A stretch of DNA of 36,678 bases from a virus, in IMG/VR virus record IMGVR_UViG_3300045988_058288, positions 1 through 36,678 of that record; one strand, given 5' to 3'. Of this stretch, positions 1 to 8,589 are shown in pieces; the first letter of the stretch is position 1, and each line of letters starts with the position of its first letter. Made by a program: the position numbers and the translations under genes. Under the pieces are notes generated by a model that saw nothing but the letters and a program-made list of their open reading frames with translations, did no database searches and was not told the DNA's origin.

Positions 1-46
1 ATTTTACCTCCTAAAACAAATATTCCTTATCTCTGACCACATATAT

Positions 47-55
47 AGTATAGCA
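47..55 (-). promoter_or_regulatory. Putative extended -10 promoter (TGCTATACT) for a gene that starts left of the window
   Basis: The minus strand reads TGCTATACT. An AGGAGG Shine-Dalgarno at 7-12 follows it and faces out of the window. Related to the TGCTATAAT elements at 166-174 and 1032-1040. Confidence 0.35.
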
Positions 56-93
56 TACAAGTATGTACTTGTAAAGTGTTTTTTTAGGAAAAT

Positions 94-119
94 AAAAAAA
101 GCCCTGTATAAACAGAGCT
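94..119 (-). terminator. Rho-independent terminator
   Basis: The minus strand reads AGCTCTG-TTTATA-CAGGGCT (one mismatch in the stem) followed by a T7 run. Confidence 0.6.
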
Positions 120-165
120 ACCATAAATTAATATCAAAATGTATATTAACCTCAAAGCCATATAT

Positions 166-174
166 ATTATAGCA
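166..174 (-). promoter_or_regulatory. Putative extended -10 promoter (TGCTATAAT)
   Basis: The minus strand reads TTTTATGTGCTATAAT, the same 16-mer found upstream of the endolysin gene. It lies about 50-70 nt upstream of the terminator at 94-119. Confidence 0.4.
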
Positions 175-176
175 CA

Positions 177-208
177 TAAAAACAAAGACCGTACAAAATT
201 ATACGGTC
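177..208 (-). terminator. Rho-independent terminator downstream of the endolysin gene
   Basis: The minus strand reads GACCGTA-TAATTTTG-TACGGTC followed by TTTGTTTTT. It sits 37 nt after the endolysin stop codon. Confidence 0.7.
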
Positions 209-244
209 TAATATACGAAAAATAGTTGAATGATTTGTGTTAAT

Positions 245-1006
245 TTATGCTACTTCAATTAATGGGCCACAATTTACCCAAATTCCACCGATTTTTGCAA
301 GATTCTTTTGCACATTGACTTCATCAACACGAATTCTAGTTACATAGACAACGGCATTTGTTGTATGCAATACGTTATCGTTATATCCATCAGAATTACG
401 CACCTTATCAACTAAGCGAATTGGAAACCAACCGCCTAATGGTTCAAGGTATGCGCATAAATCGTTATTGATTCGTTTCAAACCTTGATTACCAATCTTC
501 ATTTGAACTGATGTTACGTAGCTTCCTGCGTGTAAGATTTGGTCGATTGCTTCTACAGGTTGTGGAATGCTTGGTCTAACTGCTCCTGTATTTGCGAAGC
601 ATTTAGGTCTGAATGCAGTATCAAAGGTTGCATAATAAGGCAATTTAATCAAATTGAATCCCCCACCTTTTCCACCTTGGTTTTGGCCCAAAAACCATCC
701 TTGCTTTCCGTCAATATCAGAATCAAAAATAGCAATATGACTGTATGGTGTCCATCCTGCTACTTCTTTAAAGACTGCGATATCTCCGGGTTGCATGATT
801 GAGACCTCATTACAATAGTTTAAGATACCATTTGTTTTTCGATTGTTCCAAATGTCCTTAACAAATTTACTTGTTGTGCAATGAATAGCTTGATAGCCTA
901 AATCAATCATGTACTTTGCGAATCCGTCCCAACACTGCGGTCCATAGTATCCATCAATGTCGAATGCTTTGCCTAATACGGCTTTTTTGAAATTTTGATA
1001 ATTTAT
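245..1006 (-). CDS. Endolysin: N-terminal CHAP peptidase domain plus C-terminal cell-wall-binding-like domain; proposed ATA start
   Basis: The ORF track begins at M (910), but the frame stays open up to 1021. The upstream stretch encodes NYQNFKKAVLGKAFDIDGYYGPQCWDGFAKY, which holds the CHAP catalytic-Cys motif (GPQCW). A His region (YSHIAIF) follows downstream. AGGAGGA (1015-1021), an 8-nt spacer and ATA (1004-1006) give the proposed start. Confidence 0.8.
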   Translation of the reverse strand: MNYQNFKKAVLGKAFDIDGYYGPQCWDGFAKYMIDLGYQAIHCTTSKFVKDIWNNRKTNGILNYCNEVSIMQPGDIAVFKEVAGWTPYSHIAIFDSDIDGKQGWFLGQNQGGKGGGFNLIKLPYYATFDTAFRPKCFANTGAVRPSIPQPVEAIDQILHAGSYVTSVQMKIGNQGLKRINNDLCAYLEPLGGWFPIRLVDKVRNSDGYNDNVLHTTNAVVYVTRIRVDEVNVQKNLAKIGGIWVNCGPLIEVA

Positions 1007-1031
1007 TAAAAAAATCCTCCTTTATGCACTA

Positions 1032-1040
1032 ATTATAGCA
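1032..1040 (-). promoter_or_regulatory. Putative extended -10 promoter (TGCTATAAT) for the endolysin gene
   Basis: The minus strand reads TTTTATGTGCTATAAT, placed 10 nt upstream of the endolysin Shine-Dalgarno. Confidence 0.4.
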
Positions 1041-1057
1041 CATAAAAGAGGTTTTTA

Positions 1058-1495
1058 TTACTGATATACTGAGAACATTTCTCTTAATTTATCTCTGACC
1101 ATTTCTCTTTCTTCTTGAAAGTCGCTAGATGTTTTCATTTCTTCTAAGATTCCATACATAGCGCTAAGAAAAGCTTCTAATTCACGAATAGAATTTCGTT
1201 TATCGATTTCATTGTTATCTTTTCGATATTCTTTTTTCGCTTCTATATATTTTCTGAAATGGCTATTCATCAATGCGATATTGTCATCAATTTCTGTTCC
1301 TTCAATATTTGTATCATTTGTTCTTAATGCATTTATAGCCGTTCTTCCATCATCCATAGCTAGTATTGTATCAATGTCTTTGATATTGTCTAAAGCTTGG
1401 CTCATGACTTTAAAATCTAAATCATTGTATCCTTTTTCTAGTCCTCTCATTGCTTCGGTTAAGAGGTCTAGATTCCTTTTTCTAACCTCTTGCAT
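1058..1495 (-). CDS. Hypothetical coiled-coil protein (cargo module)
   Basis: ORF track, 145 aa. ATG preceded by TAGGTG. Charged and predicted helical; no family recognised. Confidence 0.55.
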   Translation of the reverse strand: MQEVRKRNLDLLTEAMRGLEKGYNDLDFKVMSQALDNIKDIDTILAMDDGRTAINALRTNDTNIEGTEIDDNIALMNSHFRKYIEAKKEYRKDNNEIDKRNSIRELEAFLSAMYGILEEMKTSSDFQEEREMVRDKLREMFSVYQ

Positions 1496-1502
1496 GATAC
1501 AC

Positions 1503-1922
1503 CTACGCTAATTTCTTAATGATGATATTTGCATTCTGAACAGATAAATCTAAGCCACTGTTATTTCCTAGCGTGATTGTATAAGAAGCTCCACAAGGTA
1601 CTTGAATCAATGTTGCGCCACTTACATTTCCATATGCGCTTGCAGTAGCTACATTATATAGAGATTCTGTTCCTCCTACTGCTTCTCCATTCTGTTCTAA
1701 TTCTAAAGAAGCAACTCCTACCGTTGCACTTGTAATATCTGCCGTATATTCTACTTCATAGATTCCTTGTTTCGTCAATGTAAATAATCCACTTCCTACA
1801 TCATGAGCAAGCCAACCTTTACAAGCACATTGACAAGATTTCGTCCTTACTCTGTCCGTTGGAAATAATACATTTTGTCCGTTTGCTACTGTTTGTACTG
1901 CCGTTGCTATACTATTAATCAT
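1503..1922 (-). CDS. Hypothetical protein resembling the BclA C-terminal / C1q-TNF-like jelly-roll domain
   Basis: 139 aa with GGAGGAAAAGAAA-ATG. It shows the beta-rich pattern (GLFTLTKQGIYEVEYTADITS...LELEQNGEAV...ITLGNNSG...NANIIIKKL) typical of exosporium/collagen-like protein C-terminal domains. This call rests on recall only. Confidence 0.4.
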   Translation of the reverse strand: MINSIATAVQTVANGQNVLFPTDRVRTKSCQCACKGWLAHDVGSGLFTLTKQGIYEVEYTADITSATVGVASLELEQNGEAVGGTESLYNVATASAYGNVSGATLIQVPCGASYTITLGNNSGLDLSVQNANIIIKKLA

Positions 1923-2004
1923 TTTCTTTTCCTCCTATATAAAATAAATGGGTAGCCTTTCGACTACCCTATAATCCAAAGGCTATTGCCTAATCTCTTT
2001 CGAG

Positions 2005-2616
2005 CTAGATTTGGTTACATCCACAACCTGTCATATTATATGCATAATAAGGTGAGCAAGTAAGATATGCAGGTTTTGGCGTTGGTTGCAATGTGTTAAT
2101 GATATTAGCAGATTGTGCCTGTTGGCTTAATTGGAAGTTTGCAGTTAATAAATCTCTATCTCTGTCTGCTAATTTATCACGCAATTCTTGCATTGTGTTA
2201 GCATTGATTAATGCTCTTGTTGCCTCACCTTCTGAGTGGATTGCAGTGGTAATATCACACGTGTTTTTGAAACTTTGTGTGTTTACACCATCAATCGCTC
2301 TTTGTGTTGCACAACAACATTCTTGATTCTGTTGTCCTAGATTCTGCAAACCTAATTGAGTTGTGTATCTACTCTCTAAAATGTCTCTTGAATTTTGGAA
2401 ACCTTGGCTAGATACATTCTGATTTGTGTTGAACAAATCACGTTTAATAAATTCTTGATTCATTAATTCATCATTCTGTAAGTTGCCATTGTTACCCCAA
2501 TTTCCACCAAAAAGTAAGAATAAAAGGATAATCCAAATCCAATATCCTCCACCAAATTCATTGTTGTTTCTGTCTGCTAAATCGTACATTGGTTGAATAC
2601 CATTCATGCTTTCCAT
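2005..2616 (-). CDS. Hypothetical membrane-anchored, Cys-cluster protein
   Basis: 203 aa with AAAGGAGGAAATATAA-ATG. One N-terminal TM segment (YWIWIILLFLLFGG), a Q/N-rich coiled region, and CCC and CGC clusters. Confidence 0.55.
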   Translation of the reverse strand: MESMNGIQPMYDLADRNNNEFGGGYWIWIILLFLLFGGNWGNNGNLQNDELMNQEFIKRDLFNTNQNVSSQGFQNSRDILESRYTTQLGLQNLGQQNQECCCATQRAIDGVNTQSFKNTCDITTAIHSEGEATRALINANTMQELRDKLADRDRDLLTANFQLSQQAQSANIINTLQPTPKPAYLTCSPYYAYNMTGCGCNQI

Positions 2617-2640
2617 TTATATTTCCTCCTTTCAACGCAA

Positions 2641-2850
2641 TTAGCGTTTTAGCCCATATTGACTAGCCACATTTTCAAATTGTTGCTTCTGTTGTGGCGT
2701 TAAATTCCCCATCATATTACTTAGCAATACTTGGGGATTCTGCCCACTCTGCATTAATTGTTGTAATTGATTAAATGCTTGTGGGTTTCTTTGTTGCAAC
2801 ATACCCATCAACATTTGTTGAGGGCTCATCATATTCATTAAAGGATTCAC
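2641..2850 (-). CDS. Hypothetical Q/M-rich low-complexity protein
   Basis: 69 aa. GTG start 7 nt after AAAGGAGC, with a GTGA overlap onto the upstream stop. Confidence 0.5.
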   Translation of the reverse strand: MNPLMNMMSPQQMLMGMLQQRNPQAFNQLQQLMQSGQNPQVLLSNMMGNLTPQQKQQFENVASQYGLKR

Positions 2851-3272
2851 GCTTTAAGCTCCTTTCTAGGCGTTTCTTTCTCTGCTCTTGTATTTATATT
2901 ACTTCCGCCTTTTAGACCTAATATCATAGCTTCTAGCTTATCTAAGCGTTGTTCTATGCCATCTTTCTTCGGTTCTGTTTCTTCTTGGAATCTGTATTTT
3001 TTGAAACTGCCGTCTAAAGACTTCATGTAGAATACAGAATCATTTCTATCTAGCATAATACTAGGCAAACCATTCACCATCATATTCCTTGCTTCTTGCT
3101 CATTATTTACCCACTTACCATTAAAATCATTCAATGCCATGTTAGGCGTGATTTGGTTGTTAATGTTAATAGGTGGAATATTTGCCATCTGTTGAATTGT
3201 CTGTAATTGCGATTCAATCATCTGCTTTTGATTCATTAAATTGTTAATTCTGTCATTGATTGGATTATACAT
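2847..3272 (-). CDS. Hypothetical protein (first gene of the cargo module)
   Basis: The ORF track starts at GTG 3281. The ATG at 3270-3272 has the better context (AGAGGTGA plus 5 nt). Confidence 0.55.
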   Translation of the reverse strand: MYNPINDRINNLMNQKQMIESQLQTIQQMANIPPININNQITPNMALNDFNGKWVNNEQEARNMMVNGLPSIMLDRNDSVFYMKSLDGSFKKYRFQEETEPKKDGIEQRLDKLEAMILGLKGGSNINTRAEKETPRKELKA

Positions 3273-3350
3273 TTCGCTCACCTCTTTACACCTTTAATTA
3301 TATTCATGAGCAATTTCAATTTGTTTCCACATTAATATCAAATAAATGTC

Positions 3351-3375
3351 AAAAAAAAGAGGTCTTTCAACCTCT
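3351..3375 (-). terminator. Strong rho-independent terminator
   Basis: The minus strand reads AGAGGT-TGAAAG-ACCTCT followed by T8. It begins at the stop codon of the sigma-like reading frame. Confidence 0.8.
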
Positions 3376-3641
3376 TAATTCTCGTCTAGATACGTTTCTT
3401 TTTCACTGTTTTTTCTTGGTGGTAGGATTGCGCTATACTTTTCTACTTCATCATACTTGTTCTTAATCCTTTTAATAATTCTATTAACACTAGAAACACT
3501 CATATTCAATTTATCGGCTTGTTATCTAACTGTCCATCCGTATATTCTTGTTCTTAGAATCATTTCTTCATCTTTAGTTAATAAAGCTAGATTAATAAAC
3601 TCTTCTAAAATAATCTTATTCCAAGGTACTTGATTCGTCAT
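3375..3641 (-). pseudogene. Sigma-70 region-4-like HTH regulator interrupted by an in-frame TAA
   Basis: The frame from ATG 3639-3641 reads MTNQVPWNKIILEEFINLALLTKDEEMILRTRIYGWTVR, then TAA (3522-3524), then QADKLNMSVSSVNRIIKRIKNKYDEVEKY... up to TAA 3375-3377. The stop falls in the middle of the region-4-type helix-turn-helix. Confidence 0.5.
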
Positions 3642-4116
3642 TGTCTTCGTTAACGATTTTATCCGCTACTTCCAAACCTTTAGTTAATACACTAGGCACG
3701 CTATATCCACATTGTACAAGATTCTCAATAATGCTACGCACTTCATTAATACATAAAGAAGCCAATACAAACCAACCTAATAATGTGGTTACATGGAAAT
3801 CAATCCCTAGCATTTTTCCAATCTCAACCAAGAATGCACTGAATGTGAACGCAACTACAATCATAATCCAATAGCCTAGCTTTTTAAGGACTCCAATCCA
3901 TCCTTTATTGCTATTGATTTTGTGATTAATCGCCGACTTCATACATCCTGTTATATAATCTACTACATTCATAAATAAGAAGAATGCAAATAAATACCAA
4001 TGTTCACCTAATACGTATGTTAATACGGCAACGGCTACACCACCAATTGCATTCATCTTGTCTAGAAAATACATACTTCTTGTTATTTGTTTAAATCCTC
4101 CATTTTTCTTTTCTAT
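3616..4116 (-). CDS. Holin (phage_holin_4_1 / TcdE-like family); proposed ATA start
   Basis: Multi-TM protein (AIGGVAVAVLTYVLGEHWYLFAFFLFMNVVDYITG...GYWIMIVVAF...) in the lysis position. The track's GTG (4123-4125) lies inside the Shine-Dalgarno AAGGAG (4125-4130). The ATA at 4114-4116 is 8 nt downstream of that SD. Confidence 0.7.
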   Translation of the reverse strand: MEKKNGGFKQITRSMYFLDKMNAIGGVAVAVLTYVLGEHWYLFAFFLFMNVVDYITGCMKSAINHKINSNKGWIGVLKKLGYWIMIVVAFTFSAFLVEIGKMLGIDFHVTTLLGWFVLASLCINEVRSIIENLVQCGYSVPSVLTKGLEVADKIVNEDNDESSTLE

Positions 4117-4128
4117 TAAATTCACTCC

Positions 4129-5142
4129 TTACATGATTTTTAAATTATCAACCTCTAATTCTAAGGTTCTATATCCACTTTTAATGACTTCAAATATATT
4201 TCTAATTCTCGCAGTCATTACTAGTCCAATATCTGCTACTATAACATCAACTTTATCACCTAAATCAAAATCAACTTTGTATTCGTATGAATCCGTATTC
4301 AATCCGAAATTCACATTTTCTTGAATTTGACAATCTGCTAGTTTTTCAATTCCTTTCTGAATAAGTACCTTTTTATATTCATCAAGTGTCACATCGTCCC
4401 CCATACGCTCAGAACGTGCGTCTACGAACAATTTTTTAATTCTTTCATTCTTATCTATTCTAGCGTCATATTCTACATAAATACGCTCTTCTGACTGTCC
4501 TTCACCACAAATAATCGCATAGTTCTTGTATTTACTAGAATCAATCATAACGTCCGGTTCTTCAATGTTTCCAAACTCTGTAGAGAATGTAACAAAGTTG
4601 TTTCCATCTGCATTGTTCTGAGTCAAATCACGACCTCGATACAACACGAATGTGAACGTACTTGACACATAGTCATATTCTATGCGGAAAGACAATTCTA
4701 ACGGATATAACAACTCATAAAGCTTCTCGTCAAGGTTTGCTCCTGTTTCTTGAAAATCTACTCTATCGGTAATGGATTCATCATATCTATATTCCATTTT
4801 CCATGAGCAATACTTGTCTAATAGCTTTTTTACTACATCAACAATCTTTCCACTGCTTGAGAACGTAGGATAAATACAATCATCTGCTAGAATCTTTTCA
4901 AAGAAAGAGCCTTTTAGCAACATTTGTTTTGTGTTGTTTGAAACTGAATAATGCGGTATTTCTACGATTCCTAACTCTTTATCCTCAGTAGAATAGATAT
5001 ATTTAATATCGTTTGAGTACTGACCTATATCAATATAAATCTCGAAATCTCCTGTTTCATAATATCGCCGATTCCACTGCACGTTATAAGGTGCTAGATG
5101 TGTAACGATATTGAAATCTTTATCTAATCCAAAGTAAGACAT
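4129..5142 (-). CDS. Tail-associated protein, siphovirus Gp37-like family
   Basis: 337 aa. The N-terminus MSYFGLDKDFNIV...PYNVQWNRRYYETGDFE is typical of this family. It lies directly downstream of Dit. Confidence 0.6.
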   Translation of the reverse strand: MSYFGLDKDFNIVTHLAPYNVQWNRRYYETGDFEIYIDIGQYSNDIKYIYSTEDKELGIVEIPHYSVSNNTKQMLLKGSFFEKILADDCIYPTFSSSGKIVDVVKKLLDKYCSWKMEYRYDESITDRVDFQETGANLDEKLYELLYPLELSFRIEYDYVSSTFTFVLYRGRDLTQNNADGNNFVTFSTEFGNIEEPDVMIDSSKYKNYAIICGEGQSEERIYVEYDARIDKNERIKKLFVDARSERMGDDVTLDEYKKVLIQKGIEKLADCQIQENVNFGLNTDSYEYKVDFDLGDKVDVIVADIGLVMTARIRNIFEVIKSGYRTLELEVDNLKIM

Positions 5143-5143
5143 A

Positions 5144-6013
5144 CTATAAACCTAAATACCTTTCATTGTAATAAACCGTACAAGCTAGGTTCGTATCTCC
5201 ATTGTCTGCCGTATATCCTATGATATTTTCACCTAACTGAATCGTCATATCATTGAATGATGATGTTCTATCAACTTTTCCGATACAATTCACACCATTC
5301 TTTTTAATCGAAATAGGTTCTGAAACTAAATCAATTTCTAACACATCACCATTGTGTAGTGTATCTAATACACGAATATATTTATCTTTATTGAATAGTT
5401 TCGGATTTGTTACCTCTCCAAATGCTTCAATAACGGCTCTACAGTATGTTTCTGTATCACCTTGATTATCAATATAGATTTCTCTAGCGAATGTAAATGT
5501 TCCAAAGTTTACGCCTGTTTCCGGTATTTCAAAATTGAACGCTAAACCTTCACCAATTTCTGCGATATTCCTTGCGAAATCATCAAATGAAAGCAATAAA
5601 GGTTGTGTACATAGAATTGTAAAGTTAAACTCTAAATCTTTGTAAATGTTAACAGTAGGCAAGCTATACGCATATAAACGACCTCTGCAATATTTCTTTT
5701 CTCCCATGTACTCAACTATCACATCAAATACATGAGAATATTGGAAGAAGCGCCGTAGCTTCTCCCTTTCTTCTCTTTTTTCTTCTAGTGAACCTTTAAA
5801 GGTAGCTTTCACGCTTCTTTCTTTCGTTGGAATACGTGAACCGATTAATCTAGCACCATTTCCGAATGCATTGTCTTGAGTTGTGTATGAAGGTGCTACA
5901 TAATCAAATCCATCTAATCCGTCACTAGATGGTATTCTCCATCTTTTGTTGTCGATTTCAAATTCTTTGCCATCATCCCTACGGACAATAACTCTTACTT
6001 TATTGATATCTAT
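5144..6013 (-). CDS. Distal tail protein (phage tail family, Dit-like); proposed ATA start
   Basis: The track starts at GTG 5812, but the frame is open up to 6058. The upstream part encodes DINKVRVIVRRDDGKEFEIDNKRWRIPSSDGLDGFDYVAPSYTTQDNAFGNGARLIGSRIPTKERS. GGAGGTG (6021-6027), a 7-nt spacer and ATA (6011-6013) give the start. The ATA overlaps the TMP stop as ATAG. Confidence 0.7.
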   Translation of the reverse strand: MDINKVRVIVRRDDGKEFEIDNKRWRIPSSDGLDGFDYVAPSYTTQDNAFGNGARLIGSRIPTKERSVKATFKGSLEEKREEREKLRRFFQYSHVFDVIVEYMGEKKYCRGRLYAYSLPTVNIYKDLEFNFTILCTQPLLLSFDDFARNIAEIGEGLAFNFEIPETGVNFGTFTFAREIYIDNQGDTETYCRAVIEAFGEVTNPKLFNKDKYIRVLDTLHNGDVLEIDLVSEPISIKKNGVNCIGKVDRTSSFNDMTIQLGENIIGYTADNGDTNLACTVYYNERYLGL

Positions 6014-8589
6014 TGAACAACACCTCCATATCCATATCTTGCTTGCATTCGCAACATTCTAGCGATTTCATCCGGACTTTGAGCTTTATTGTAGAAGTTG
6101 ATGGTCTGCCCATTGTTATTTGTCGTTACACTTGGCATAATTTGAGCCATATCTTTAGCTACGGCACGAATCCATGCTTTATTTTTTTCTAAAGGTACGA
6201 CTGCTTCTGCCCCATTACCTTCTAATAAACCGATTTGGCCACGCTTCAATACACCACCACGCTCTAGCCTAGGGATTCTTCCAATGTGAACTCCGGGAAT
6301 CTTGTTGATGATACTTATTGCACCGTTAATGCCACCGATAACACCATTTACCATTCCTTTTACACTAGAGACTAATGAACCTACTGCTCCTTCAATTCCA
6401 CCGAATACACCACCTACAAACCCTTTTAAACCGCTCCATGCATTCTGTATTCCTTGTAGAACATTTGAAATTTTATTTCCTACATTGTCCATTACGCCTT
6501 GAACTTTAGACCAAATACCATTGAATACATCAGAAACCGTAGATTTGATATTATTGAAATATTTATTGATATTATCAATAACACCTTTAACTTTGTCTCC
6601 AACTCTGTTCATTGTATCTTGAATCTTACTCCAAATATTGTTTATGATGTCCGAAACTATCTTAAATAAATTGCTTACGAATCCAATAATCGCAGTAACT
6701 ACTTCGCTAACTTTGCTCCAAATATTCTGAGCAACCGTTAATATTACAGACCAAATATTCGCTACAATTGTAGCTACAATTTGAACAATAGGCATGATAA
6801 AGCCTAGTATTGTTGCAATTGCAGTTCCGACATACGTCACAACCATAGTTATAAATGAAATGATTCCACTTACCACACTTCCAACTACTTGAAGAATAGA
6901 TGTTATTACAGGAATCATACCGATAACTGTTTGAATAATCTTCTTAATGATTGCTAGAATCGGTGGTCCTACAACGCTAAGAATCTTTTGAGCTTGGTTA
7001 ACAACATTTTGAATTGCGTTACCAATTTTACCTAAGATTTCTTTTGCGATAGGTTCAAGCGCAACTTTCATTTCATCAATAGCTTTTCTAACTTCATCAA
7101 ACGCAGGAGCTAACACTTCGGAAACTTGATTTGTTAATTCTGTAATTCCACTTGTATCAATCTTACTTAATACGCTTGAAATTACATCACCAACTTTAGC
7201 AAATCCTTGTTGAATGCCTTGAATTGCTACTGTAATTAATCCTACAATGCCTGCAAGAATAGGGGTAATAAGTTCGCCTATTGGAGTAAATGAATCAAGA
7301 AATGCGCGTCCTAAGCCACTTAAAGCGTTCTTTAAGCCACCATTTGCGATATCTTTAACTTTATCCATTGCCCCTTCTACGTCTTTATATTTATTCCCTA
7401 CTGTCGTTAAGGACTGAATGAATCCGGCGTTGAAATCTTCTCCCATTGTGCCGAAAGCCGTTGCAGATTTATTCAACTTTTCTTGTTCATTTGTAGTCTT
7501 TGAAATATCTTCTACAATCGCATTCACAACATCTTTTTGAGTTGCTCTTCCTTCTTGCCATGCCTTAAATACATCTTGTGTTTTGGTATCAAAACTATCT
7601 AAAGCTCCTTCAATAGTTCCATCAACTAACCTTGTGGTAACTTCGTTGATTGCGTCATTAACTTTATCAAGGTTATAAGCTCCACCATCTAATCCATTCT
7701 GCATTAATTGGAAATATTCATCTGCCGAATATCCTGCTTGTGCAAATTTACCGGAGTATTCTGAAATGTTGTCGCCTAACTCATCTGATTTGTTTAAACC
7801 ATTCTGAGCACCTGTAGCCATAAGGTCGAAAGCTTCTTGAGAAGTGATTCCGAATTGCTTCATTAATTGTTGAGCACCTCTAAGAGTTTCATTCTCATCC
7901 ATATCGAATGTATCTCTTAAAGTTAATAAATCCTCGGTCACGTTCTTTAGGTCAACATCACTTATGCCTTGCATTTGTTGCTTGACTCTGCCCATCATAT
8001 CGGCAACATCTGAAACATCTTCACCGAAATTGTTTGACCAAACATCACGAGCAATGTTTTTAAATTTGCTCATTTCATTGCTTGAAGCACCTGTTTGAGC
8101 TTGAAATTTAGCCATAGCGTCATCTAATTCAGTAGCTTGATTTACACCTGTCTTAATTGCTAATTCCATTCCACCGATAGCTCCTGCTACGGCAGTAACA
8201 CCAACAACACCTCCTGCGCCTAATCCTGTTAGGGTTTCAGTGATTGCAGTAGCTTCCGGACTAATATTCTGAATCTTTCCTAATAGTCCATCAAATCCAC
8301 CTTGAATTGATTCTAAGGCACTGTTTCCTACTTGTTTAAATACATCAAATTTAGAACCTGTTTCTTGCGTTTCTGTTTGTGTATTCTTTTGCTCTTCGTT
8401 TAAATCTTTAAGTTTATCTTTAATCTTTGGTGGTGCTTTTGAACCATCAGAACCTAGCTTGTCGATTGCTTTTGAAGTTTCTTTGATAGCATTTGTAGCT
8501 CCACTTGTGACTTCATGAACGGATTTCAGTCCATTCTCTAGACCACTTGTATCAATCTTTGTATCAAACTTTAATGTTCCGTCTGATAT
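6010..8589 (-). CDS. Tail tape measure protein; proposed ATA start
   Basis: The track starts at ATG 8169. A further 140 in-frame codons upstream read ISDGTLKFDTKIDTSGLENGLKSVHEVTSGATNAIKE..., a typical TMP N-terminus. An in-frame TGA sits immediately before ATA 8587-8589. GGAGGTGG (8598-8605) lies 8 nt upstream of that ATA. Confidence 0.8.
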   Translation of the reverse strand: MSDGTLKFDTKIDTSGLENGLKSVHEVTSGATNAIKETSKAIDKLGSDGSKAPPKIKDKLKDLNEEQKNTQTETQETGSKFDVFKQVGNSALESIQGGFDGLLGKIQNISPEATAITETLTGLGAGGVVGVTAVAGAIGGMELAIKTGVNQATELDDAMAKFQAQTGASSNEMSKFKNIARDVWSNNFGEDVSDVADMMGRVKQQMQGISDVDLKNVTEDLLTLRDTFDMDENETLRGAQQLMKQFGITSQEAFDLMATGAQNGLNKSDELGDNISEYSGKFAQAGYSADEYFQLMQNGLDGGAYNLDKVNDAINEVTTRLVDGTIEGALDSFDTKTQDVFKAWQEGRATQKDVVNAIVEDISKTTNEQEKLNKSATAFGTMGEDFNAGFIQSLTTVGNKYKDVEGAMDKVKDIANGGLKNALSGLGRAFLDSFTPIGELITPILAGIVGLITVAIQGIQQGFAKVGDVISSVLSKIDTSGITELTNQVSEVLAPAFDEVRKAIDEMKVALEPIAKEILGKIGNAIQNVVNQAQKILSVVGPPILAIIKKIIQTVIGMIPVITSILQVVGSVVSGIISFITMVVTYVGTAIATILGFIMPIVQIVATIVANIWSVILTVAQNIWSKVSEVVTAIIGFVSNLFKIVSDIINNIWSKIQDTMNRVGDKVKGVIDNINKYFNNIKSTVSDVFNGIWSKVQGVMDNVGNKISNVLQGIQNAWSGLKGFVGGVFGGIEGAVGSLVSSVKGMVNGVIGGINGAISIINKIPGVHIGRIPRLERGGVLKRGQIGLLEGNGAEAVVPLEKNKAWIRAVAKDMAQIMPSVTTNNNGQTINFYNKAQSPDEIARMLRMQARYGYGGVVQ

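Noticed and set aside
84-161. A 25-aa hydrophobic peptide ORF (MALRLIYILILIYGSSVYTGLFLFS), considered as a possible type I toxin.
   Set aside because: The ATG begins only 4 nt after the putative -10, so it is probably upstream of or at the transcription start. There is no SD, and the terminator hairpin lies inside the ORF. A non-coding RNA is the more economical reading.
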